Of a stretch of 64,000 bases of DNA, positions 30,670 through 37,990 are shown piece after piece. Source of the DNA: Casimicrobiaceae bacterium (lineage in GTDB: Bacteria > Pseudomonadota > Gammaproteobacteria > Burkholderiales > Casimicrobiaceae); contig DATJIS010000011.1 of NCBI GenBank assembly GCA_035493035.1, forward strand, positions 11,470-75,469, in the 5' to 3' direction. Position 1 is the stretch's first letter; each line of letters starts with the position of its first letter. The notes beneath the pieces are model-generated. The model was not told where the DNA came from and searched no databases. It saw nothing but the letters and a program-made list of their open reading frames with translations. Both the position numbers and the translations under genes were made by a program.

Positions 30670-32202
30670 ATGGCAGTGAGGCGGCTCGTCTTCGGCGTCG
30701 TTTGCATGCTCGCTGCCGCCTTCGCGGCCACCGCGGCGCACGCGCAAAACGCGACGCGCGGATCGCAGATCTATGGCCAGTCGCCCTGGGGGTGCGCCGA
30801 CTGCCATGGCAGCAACCCGCGCAACGATCCCGAGAGCGGGCAACCGTCCGGCGGCGTGAAGTCGGGAACGGTGTGGCAGAACATCCTCCTCGGCATCAAC
30901 GGTCCGATCGATGGCCACACGGACATGACGGACCTGCTGAAGCCGTTCTACGACCAGCAGCTCATCAGCGACGCCGATCTGCAGGACATCTCGGCCTATC
31001 TGCAGCAGGTGTTCAACGGCACGGGCGGCGGCGGCGGCGGTGGAAATCCCGGAACGATCTCGGCCGCGGCGTCGCTCGGCTTCGGAACCGTCAACACCGG
31101 GGCGAGCAACCTGCAAAGCCTCACCGTCACGGTGAGCTCGGCCGCCGTGACCTTCGCTTCGGTGAGCATCTCCGGCGCGCACTCCGGCGACTTCAGCGTC
31201 TCGAGCAATGGCTGCAACGGCGCCGTGAACCCGGGGTCCTGCCAGATCGGGGTGTCCTTCCAGCCGTCGGCCGCGGGCACCCGCAACGCCACGCTGACCA
31301 TCGCGAGCAACGCCACGAATGGCGCGACCAAGACCGTGGCACTCAATGGAACAGGCAACGTCGTGTCGACCGGCACCGGGCAGCTCAGCGCGCCGGCGAC
31401 CGTCACGCTTCCCGATACGGCGGTGGGCGCACAGAGCGCGGCGTCGACCGTGACGGTCAGGAACGTCGGCTCGGCGGCCGTCAACGTCGCGAGCGTCACG
31501 TCGAGCAGCGCGGAGTTCCTCTTGACCTCGAACGCGTGCAGCGGGGCAACCGTGCAACCCGGCGCGGCGTGCCAGTTCAGCGTCGCCTTCAGGCCGTCGA
31601 CCGCCGGCGCGCGCAACGCAACGCTGTCGATCTCGAGCAGCGCCACCGGCAGTCCGCAGGCCGTCACCGCGCTGGGCAACGGAACCGCTACCGGCGGTGG
31701 CGGCACCAAGGTGCTCGCCGTCGAGTATTACAACGCCGGCTTCGATCACTACTTCATCACCGCGATTCCCGACGAGATCACCAAGCTCGACAACGGCACG
31801 TTCGTCGGCTGGCAGCGCACGGGATTCACCTTCAACGTCTATGCGGCGACGAATCCGCCGGCGGGCAGCTCGACGGTGCACCGGTTCTTCAGCACCAGCT
31901 TCGCGCCCAAGAGCTCGCATTTCTACACGGCGAATCCGGCGGAGTTCAACACCGTGCTCGCGAATCCGAACTGGCAATACGAGGGCGACGTGTTCAACGT
32001 GCCGATGCCGAGCGCGGACGGCTCGTGTCCCGCGGGGACGCTGCCGGTCTATCGCCTGTACAACAACGGCCAGGGCGGCGCACCCAACCACCGCTTCACG
32101 ACGGACCTCACGACGCGCGACGGCATGCTGAGCCGCCCGCCCGACAAGGCGTGGGTTGCCGAGGGCGCGGGAATCGGCGTGGGAATGTGCGCCCCGCAGT
32201 GA
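30670..32202 (+). CDS. Secreted multidomain protein: c-type cytochrome domain, Gly linker, two Ig-like (choice-of-anchor-D/HYDIN-like) repeats, DUF5648-like C-terminal domain
   Basis: GGAG RBS upstream of the ATG at 30670. Signal peptide MAVRRLVFGVVCMLAAAFAATAAHA. CADCH heme-binding motif at 30793..30807. GGGGGGG linker. Two ~100-aa internal repeats (...SGDFSVSSNGCNGAVNPGSCQIGVSFQPSAAGTRNATLTI... / ...SAEFLLTSNACSGATVQPGAACQFSVAFRPSTAGARNATLSI...). The C-terminus is paralogous to CDS 3788..4885. Confidence 0.8.
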   Translation: MAVRRLVFGVVCMLAAAFAATAAHAQNATRGSQIYGQSPWGCADCHGSNPRNDPESGQPSGGVKSGTVWQNILLGINGPIDGHTDMTDLLKPFYDQQLISDADLQDISAYLQQVFNGTGGGGGGGNPGTISAAASLGFGTVNTGASNLQSLTVTVSSAAVTFASVSISGAHSGDFSVSSNGCNGAVNPGSCQIGVSFQPSAAGTRNATLTIASNATNGATKTVALNGTGNVVSTGTGQLSAPATVTLPDTAVGAQSAASTVTVRNVGSAAVNVASVTSSSAEFLLTSNACSGATVQPGAACQFSVAFRPSTAGARNATLSISSSATGSPQAVTALGNGTATGGGGTKVLAVEYYNAGFDHYFITAIPDEITKLDNGTFVGWQRTGFTFNVYAATNPPAGSSTVHRFFSTSFAPKSSHFYTANPAEFNTVLANPNWQYEGDVFNVPMPSADGSCPAGTLPVYRLYNNGQGGAPNHRFTTDLTTRDGMLSRPPDKAWVAEGAGIGVGMCAPQ

Positions 32203-32206
32203 CGGA

Positions 32207-33112
32207 TCAGGACGCCTGAGGCGTTTCGTCGCTCACGATTCCGCCGTCGCGATCGACCAGCAGGAAGCGATAGCGCTGCTCGCGCAGGAACGTGGCCGCA
32301 TCCGGCCGCAGCATCGCGATGGTCGCGAGGCTGCCCGCGACGATGCACAGCGGGGCCACGACGCTCACCGATTGCCAGCGATCCATCGGCCAGCCGGTGC
32401 GCGGATCGAGGATGTGGCAATAGCGCCGGCCCTGGATCTCGAAGTAGCGCTCGTAATCGCCGCTCGTGGCGACGGCCGCGTCGCGCAGCTCGACCGCGCC
32501 GATCACGCCACCCGGTTTGCGCGGATGAACGATGCCGACGCGCCACGGTGCACCGGTCGGCTGGCTGCCGAGCGCGCGCACGTCGCCGGCGAGGTTCACG
32601 AGCGCGTTGGCGACGCCCGCATCGGCGAGCACGGTCGCGGCCCGATCCGCCGCGTATTCCTTGCCGATCCCGCCGAAGTCGATCTCCATGCCGGCCTCGG
32701 GCAGGCGTATGGACGTTTCGCTCCATTCGACGCGCGCCCAGCCGATGAGCCGGCGCAGCGCGTCGACCTCGCTTGCCTGCGGCAACCGCGGCGGATCGCG
32801 TCGAAAATCCCAGGCGCGCCTCAGCACACCCGACGTGACGTCGAACGCGGCGTCGCTCAGCCGATGGCACTCGTCGGCGTAGCGCAGCAGCGCGGCCGTT
32901 TCCGTGTCGATGGGCACCGCGGCGCGGCCGGCTGCGCGATTGATCCTGCTCGTGATCGCGTCGTCGCGATAGCGCGAGTACTTCGCCTCGATGCGCTGCA
33001 CCTCGGCGGTCGCGGCGCGCGCAGCAGCGGCGGCCGTCGACGCGTCGGCGGCATCGATGGTGAGCTCGTGCTCCGCCGCCATCGCGCGGAACGTGAAGCG
33101 GAACAGCGCCAC
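32207..33112 (-). CDS. apbE: FAD:protein FMN transferase (ApbE family)
   Basis: The C-terminal part of ORF 32207..34225. Contains FDVTSG, IDFGGIGKEYAADRA, VNLAGDV, ATSGDYERYF and HILDPRTGWP. I chose the GTG at 33112, 2 nt after the upstream stop. The ATG at 33082 is an alternative start. No signal peptide is evident. Confidence 0.85.
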   Translation of the reverse strand: MALFRFTFRAMAAEHELTIDAADASTAAAAARAATAEVQRIEAKYSRYRDDAITSRINRAAGRAAVPIDTETAALLRYADECHRLSDAAFDVTSGVLRRAWDFRRDPPRLPQASEVDALRRLIGWARVEWSETSIRLPEAGMEIDFGGIGKEYAADRAATVLADAGVANALVNLAGDVRALGSQPTGAPWRVGIVHPRKPGGVIGAVELRDAAVATSGDYERYFEIQGRRYCHILDPRTGWPMDRWQSVSVVAPLCIVAGSLATIAMLRPDAATFLREQRYRFLLVDRDGGIVSDETPQAS

Positions 33113-33114
33113 CG

Positions 33115-34251
33115 CTAGAAGGTTTTCTGGACGCCTGCCTCGATCCAGCGTGCGGAGAAATCGAGCAGCCCTTCGCTGCCCGCGCCGAACAGATGCCAGC
33201 TCGACCTCTGGCGATAGAAGCTTACCGCGACGTCCGCGCTCCAGCCATCGGCGAACTGCTTGTCGAGCCGCAGGCTCGGCGTGAACGCGCCGAACGCCGA
33301 CAGGCGCGTGTCGGCGGTGTACGGCTGGCCCGGCCGCAATCCGTTGCCGAGCGGCGGGCCGTAGAAGAAGAACGCGTTGTCCTGCGTGATGTAGCGCAGC
33401 CCCGGCGTCAGAGTGAATCCCTGCGTCAACGGCTGCGCCCATTCGACGTCGAGCGTGTGCGAATCGGCGTGCCAGGAATCGTTGATGTACCGGTAGGACA
33501 GACGCAGCGTGGCGTCGAACTTCGGCACGTACTGGTTGTAGCGGGTGAGCCACGCGAACACGTTGCGCGTGTCGGGACGGCGGTCGAGCGGCTTGTACGG
33601 ATCGTTGTAGTAGCCGCGTCCGTCGGAGTACGTGAGGTTGGACTCGATGATCGCGCCCGCGTTGAGCACCTGCGTGACGCCGACCAGGAAGTCGTAGGTC
33701 TCGCGGTGCTTGCCTTCGGCGGCGCCGTTGGTCGGGTTGACGTCGTCGTGCGCGCCGCCGACGCCGAACGCCCACGTGCGGTTCTTGTCCGCCGTCCAGG
33801 TCCGGAGGTCCATGGAAAGCGCGCGCGACAGGTAGTCGCGCTCGACGGAATACGCGCCGCCGACGCCGATCGCGAAGCGGTCGTAGTACTTCGTGACCTT
33901 GAGGTCGCCGGCCTTGCGGTAATCGGTCACGCCGAGGCCCGAGGCGCCCGACAAGGTGTTGAAGTACAGCACCGACGCGCCCGACATGGCGTCGTAGACG
34001 AGCGAGCCCTCGACCGACAGCGTGTCGGTGATGGGCTTCAGCACGTAGAGCGACGGGCTTCGAACCGTCATGCGGTCCGCGCCGGGCTGCCAATCGCGGT
34101 AGTCGAAATAGCGCAGCGCGACGACCCCCTGGTCCGGCGCCGTCTGCGCGTGCGCCGCGGCGGGGAGGATTCCGGGCAACGCGAGCGCCGCGGCGAGCAG
34201 CGCGTTGCCGCGTCGCTCGCCGCAACGCTCGTCAGTTGCAGCCACAACCAC
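33115..34251 (-). CDS. DUF3570-like secreted, probable outer-membrane beta-barrel protein
   Basis: 378 aa, GTG start. Signal peptide ...RRGNALLAAALALPGILPAAAHA. Alternating beta-strand-like composition with a C-terminal aromatic residue (…GVQKTF). Contains DAMSGAS and TLSGAS motifs. Confidence 0.75.
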   Translation of the reverse strand: MVVAATDERCGERRGNALLAAALALPGILPAAAHAQTAPDQGVVALRYFDYRDWQPGADRMTVRSPSLYVLKPITDTLSVEGSLVYDAMSGASVLYFNTLSGASGLGVTDYRKAGDLKVTKYYDRFAIGVGGAYSVERDYLSRALSMDLRTWTADKNRTWAFGVGGAHDDVNPTNGAAEGKHRETYDFLVGVTQVLNAGAIIESNLTYSDGRGYYNDPYKPLDRRPDTRNVFAWLTRYNQYVPKFDATLRLSYRYINDSWHADSHTLDVEWAQPLTQGFTLTPGLRYITQDNAFFFYGPPLGNGLRPGQPYTADTRLSAFGAFTPSLRLDKQFADGWSADVAVSFYRQRSSWHLFGAGSEGLLDFSARWIEAGVQKTF

Positions 34252-34450
34252 CTCCGCCGACGCCGTAACCGCCGCCGGCGGCTTCCTTGCTCTGGTAGAT
34301 GTGCTGCGTCGCCTTGGCCGTCAACGGATCGCGATCGAGCTGCATCTGGGGCTTGGCGAGGTCGCCCTTTTCCCAAGGCTGCGGCGGCGCGAACGACGCG
34401 CAGCCCGCGCACGCAAGGACGACGAGGAGGACGCAGGCGGACCGGCGCAT
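34232..34450 (-). CDS. DUF4266 lipoprotein
   Basis: 72 aa. Lipobox VLACAGC. Contains PWEKGDLAKPQM...HIYQSKEAAGGGYGVGGGGCGCN, the DUF4266 pattern as I recall it, including the terminal GGCGCN. It overlaps the next gene by 20 nt. Confidence 0.75.
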   Translation of the reverse strand: MRRSACVLLVVLACAGCASFAPPQPWEKGDLAKPQMQLDRDPLTAKATQHIYQSKEAAGGGYGVGGGGCGCN

Positions 34451-34461
34451 CGACGCTCGCC

Positions 34462-34968
34462 CTACCGCGCCGCGAGCAGTTCGCGAATGCGGCCCTCGAC
34501 GGCCGCCTTGTCTTCGTCGCGGAAGCCCTGCTCCACCATCACCACGCGGCCGCTGCGATCGACGAGGTACGAGCTCGGCATGCCTTTCACCGCGTACGCC
34601 GACGGCGTCGCGCCGGCCGCATCGTAGACGACGGTGAAGCGCGCCGGCGTGGCGGCGAGGAACCGCTGCGCATCCTCGGCCTTCTTGTCGACGTTGACCG
34701 CGACGATGGTGAAGCCGTCGCGCCCGTAGCGGGCGGCGAGCTCGTTCATCCAGGGAAAGGACCGCTTGCACGGCCCGCACCACGACGCCCAAAAATCCAC
34801 GTACACGACCTGCCCGCGCAGGCGCTCGAGCGCAATGGTTTCGCCTTGCGAGGTCGCGAGCGAGAACGGCGGCGCAGCGTCTCCGATGCCGACGGCAACC
34901 GCCGAACCGGTGTGAAGCATCGCGGCCAGCGCGACGCTCGCCCAGCGAAGGAGTACGGATCGTTTCAT
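34462..34968 (-). CDS. TlpA-like periplasmic thiol:disulfide oxidoreductase
   Basis: The last 168 aa of ORF 34462..36519. Signal peptide MKRSVLLRWASVALAAML. Active site FWASWCGPCK (CxxC). Redoxin fold. Confidence 0.85.
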   Translation of the reverse strand: MKRSVLLRWASVALAAMLHTGSAVAVGIGDAAPPFSLATSQGETIALERLRGQVVYVDFWASWCGPCKRSFPWMNELAARYGRDGFTIVAVNVDKKAEDAQRFLAATPARFTVVYDAAGATPSAYAVKGMPSSYLVDRSGRVVMVEQGFRDEDKAAVEGRIRELLAAR

Positions 34969-35099
34969 GACATTGGCATTATTGCAGGCTCGCGGACGGC
35001 GACTCAACACCGGCCGACGACTGGCAGACGCACGGCCGTACGCGGTTGCGCAAACAGCAGTGTCGCGCGGCCATTCCGGACGCTTCGTCCCGGCCGCGC

Positions 35100-36839
35100 C
35101 TAGGCGTTCAGCTTCTCGAGGAGCGCGGCGATGCGCGCGGGATCGTCGGCGCGCTTCAGGCGGTCGACGATCGGCACGATCTGCGACAGATCGGTGTGCA
35201 GCACGCGCTGCTTGACGTTCAGCAAATGCGCGGGATGCATCGAGAAATCGCGCAGGCCGAGGCCGAGGAGGAGGCGCGTCATCGGAAGCTCCCCGGCCAT
35301 CTCGCCGCACACCGCGATCGGGATGCTCGCCTTGTTCGCGGTGCCGATCGCCATCGCGAGCAGCTTCACCACCGCGGGATGCATCGGATCGTAGAGATGC
35401 GACACGCTGTCGTCGGCGCGATCCACCGCGAGGGTGTACTGGATGAGGTCGTTCGTGCCGATCGACATGAAATCGAGCTTGCGCAGGAACGAGCCCATGG
35501 CGATGACCGCCGCCGGAATCTCGATCATGCCGCCGAGCTGGACGTCGGGCGCGAACGGGATGTCCTGCTCGCGCAGCTGCTCCTTCGCCTGCTCGAGCAG
35601 CGCCATGGTCTGGTCGACCTCGCCGACCGAGGCGAGCATCGGAATCAGGATGCGCACCTTGCCGTAGTGCGACGCGCGCAGGATCGCCCGGAGCTGCGTG
35701 AGGAAGAGCCGCGGCTCGGCCAGGCAGAACCGAACCGCGCGCAAGCCGAGCGCGGGATTGGGCGCGACGCGCGCGAGCCCGTCGAGTCCTTCCTTGCTCT
35801 TGTCCGCGCCCAGGTCGAACGTGCGGATGGTGACCGGCTTGCCGCCCATGCCCTCGGCCACCTGCCGATAAGCCTCGAACTGCTCGTCCTCGGTCGGCAG
35901 ACCCTCGCGGTTGAGGAACAGGAACTCCGAACGGAAAAGTCCCACGCCGCCGGCGCCGTTCTCGATCGCCTGAGCGAGGTCGTCGGGCAGCTCGATGTTC
36001 GCGTTGAGCTCCACGTGCACGCCGTCGATCGTCTGCGCGGGCTTCGAGCGCAGGCGCTTCAGCTTCTGCCGGGCGAGGTCGAGCTCGTTCTGCTTGAGCC
36101 GGTACTCCTGGAGCACCGCACGGTCGGGGTTGACGATGACGACGTGATGGTTGCCGTCGACGATGAGCAGCTCGCCATCGCGTATCAGCGCCCGCGCGTT
36201 GTGCGTCGCGACCACCGCGGGAACGTTGAGACCGCGCGCCACGATGGCCGTATGCGACGTGACGCCGCCGAGATCGGTGAGGAAGGCGGCGAAGTGATGA
36301 TGCTTGAACTGGATCACGTCGGCGGGTGACAGGTCGTGCGCGACGACGATCGTCTGTTCTTCCGCCGACGCGGCGCGCAGGGCACCCGGGCGGCCCATGA
36401 GGCGCTTCAGCACGCGCTCGCCGACCTGGAACACGTCCGCCTTCCGCTCGCGAAGATACGCGTCCTCGATCTGCTCGAATTGCTCGACCAGCACGCCGAG
36501 CTGCTGCGTGAGCGCCCACTCGGCATTGCAGCGCTGCTCGGCGATGATCCGCTTCGGCACCTCGGACAGCGTCGGATCGTTGAGGATCATCCAGTGCACG
36601 TCGAGGAATGCGCCGAACTCGCCCGGTACGTCACCCGACGTCATCGCGCGATGCAATGCCTCGAGCTCGAGCTGAACGTCCTTCACGGCCGCGTCGAAGC
36701 GGTCGATCTCGGCCGGCACCTGCTTCGCGGGGACGTTGTAGTGCGCGACCTCGAGCATCGCGTGCGAGACGAGCTGGGCCCGTCCGATCGCGATGCCGCC
36801 CGAAACGCCGATGCCGTGCAGCGCGAAGCTGACGTTCAC
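35100..36839 (-). CDS. ptsI: Phosphoenolpyruvate-protein phosphotransferase (PTS Enzyme I)
   Basis: 579 aa. Reads GIGVSGGIAIGRA, GGVTSHTAIVARGLNVPAV (active-site His), and MIEIPAA...FMSIGTNDLIQY. GGAGG RBS. Confidence 0.95.
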   Translation of the reverse strand: MNVSFALHGIGVSGGIAIGRAQLVSHAMLEVAHYNVPAKQVPAEIDRFDAAVKDVQLELEALHRAMTSGDVPGEFGAFLDVHWMILNDPTLSEVPKRIIAEQRCNAEWALTQQLGVLVEQFEQIEDAYLRERKADVFQVGERVLKRLMGRPGALRAASAEEQTIVVAHDLSPADVIQFKHHHFAAFLTDLGGVTSHTAIVARGLNVPAVVATHNARALIRDGELLIVDGNHHVVIVNPDRAVLQEYRLKQNELDLARQKLKRLRSKPAQTIDGVHVELNANIELPDDLAQAIENGAGGVGLFRSEFLFLNREGLPTEDEQFEAYRQVAEGMGGKPVTIRTFDLGADKSKEGLDGLARVAPNPALGLRAVRFCLAEPRLFLTQLRAILRASHYGKVRILIPMLASVGEVDQTMALLEQAKEQLREQDIPFAPDVQLGGMIEIPAAVIAMGSFLRKLDFMSIGTNDLIQYTLAVDRADDSVSHLYDPMHPAVVKLLAMAIGTANKASIPIAVCGEMAGELPMTRLLLGLGLRDFSMHPAHLLNVKQRVLHTDLSQIVPIVDRLKRADDPARIAALLEKLNA

Positions 36840-36855
36840 CGGAAGCCTCCGGCGT

Positions 36856-37125
36856 TCAGGCGCGCTGCTCGAGACCCTGGTCGAACAACTGGACGAGCGC
36901 GCTCATTGCCGCCTGCTCGTCCGGGCCGTCGACTTCCAGCCGCACGGTGGAGCCCACCGCGGCTGCAAGCATCATGACAGCCACGATGCTGCGCGCGCTC
37001 GCGCGCCGTCCCGCGACGACGAGGCACACGTTGGCACGGAAATGCGACGCCAGCGCGACAATGCGTGCGCAGGCGCGCGCGTGAAGACCGTGTGGATTGG
37101 TGACCGGCACTTCGCGAATCTGCAT
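36856..37125 (-). CDS. HPr-family phosphocarrier protein (second, diverged copy)
   Basis: 89 aa. GLHARACA carries the His15 equivalent. ARSIVAVMML carries the Ser46 equivalent. By eye it is roughly 45% identical to the upstream HPr. Confidence 0.85.
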   Translation of the reverse strand: MQIREVPVTNPHGLHARACARIVALASHFRANVCLVVAGRRASARSIVAVMMLAAAVGSTVRLEVDGPDEQAAMSALVQLFDQGLEQRA

Positions 37126-37254
37126 GATGCGGCTCCACGGGGTGGGTGGGAGGCTTCCTATGGAGCCGGCCGCGCGCGGATAGGTTCCACGCTGTTACGC
37201 AACGAGCCGAACGTGCGGAGCGGGGCCGGATTCGCGACGCGGCCGCGCTCATCG

Positions 37255-37524
37255 TCACTGTCCTTCGCCGAAGCAGTCGCGGATGAGCGCGCACAGCGCG
37301 TCCATCGCCTGCTGCTCGTCGGGACCTTCGATCTCCAGCGTGATCTTCGATCCCTTGCCGGCCGCGAGCATCATCACGCCCATGATGCTCTTTGCGTTCA
37401 CCTTGCGGCCGTTGCGCCCGATCTGCACCTCGCTCTGAAAGCGCGCTGCAAGCTGGGTGAGCTTCGCCGACGCGCGTGCGTGAAGCCCGAGCTTGTTGAC
37501 GATCTCAACCTCGCGTTGCTGCAT
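37255..37524 (-). CDS. ptsH: HPr phosphocarrier protein
   Basis: 89 aa. Reads MQQREVEIVNKLGLHARASAKL...VNAKSIMGVMMLAAGKGS. Confidence 0.9.
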   Translation of the reverse strand: MQQREVEIVNKLGLHARASAKLTQLAARFQSEVQIGRNGRKVNAKSIMGVMMLAAGKGSKITLEIEGPDEQQAMDALCALIRDCFGEGQ

Positions 37525-37918
37525 AGACGGGATCGATCTCCACGTGCAGCACGCCCTCGCACCCGCCGGAGATCGCCTTCTTCACCAGCATGTCGAGGCC
37601 CTTGTTGCGATAGGTGAACGCGCGAACGAGCATCGGCAGGTTCACGCCCGATACGATCTCCACGTGACCGGGTTGCGCGAGCTTGATCGCGAGATTGCAC
37701 GGCGTCGCGCCGTACAGGTCGGAGAAAACCAGCACGCCTTCGCCGGTGTCGAGCGATGCGATCGCGGTGCGCGCCCGCGGCAGCATGGCGGTGGGATCGT
37801 CGGTGGCCGCGACGTCGAGCACCTCGAACTGCGCCGGACGTGCGCCCAGGACATGCGTCACGGCCTCGACCAGGCTGTCGCCGAGCGAGCCGTGCGCGAT
37901 GATGAGGACGCCGATCAT
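37505..37918 (-). CDS. PTS EIIA component, mannose/fructose family
   Basis: Internal ATG of ORF 37505..37945. MIGVLIIAHGSLGDSL carries the active-site His. It sits in the EIIA(Man)-HPr-EI order typical of betaproteobacteria. Confidence 0.85.
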   Translation of the reverse strand: MIGVLIIAHGSLGDSLVEAVTHVLGARPAQFEVLDVAATDDPTAMLPRARTAIASLDTGEGVLVFSDLYGATPCNLAIKLAQPGHVEIVSGVNLPMLVRAFTYRNKGLDMLVKKAISGGCEGVLHVEIDPVYAATRG

Positions 37919-37990
37919 GGGATCTCGCGCGCTGGATGTTAGCACGCACTTACGCGATTCGCTCGCGGTGACGCGGACCGTTGCGCAAGC

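Noticed and set aside
32207-34225. Several track ORFs look like giant genes: 32207..34225, 34462..36519, 42345..44729, 59157..61337, 61658..63928, 6526..8409 and 13014..15725.
   Set aside because: Only the 3' portion of each carries real homology (ApbE, TlpA, AKR, HAD, FumC, RodA, GatB). The 5' extensions run in a different frame through upstream genes on the same strand. I used internal starts that fit RBS, overlap patterns and family N-termini.
37126-37254. The 129-nt spacer between the two HPr genes as a possible sRNA or terminator.
   Set aside because: I found no convincing hairpin with a U-tract or promoter-like motif, only a GGAG RBS for the downstream HPr. I left it unannotated.
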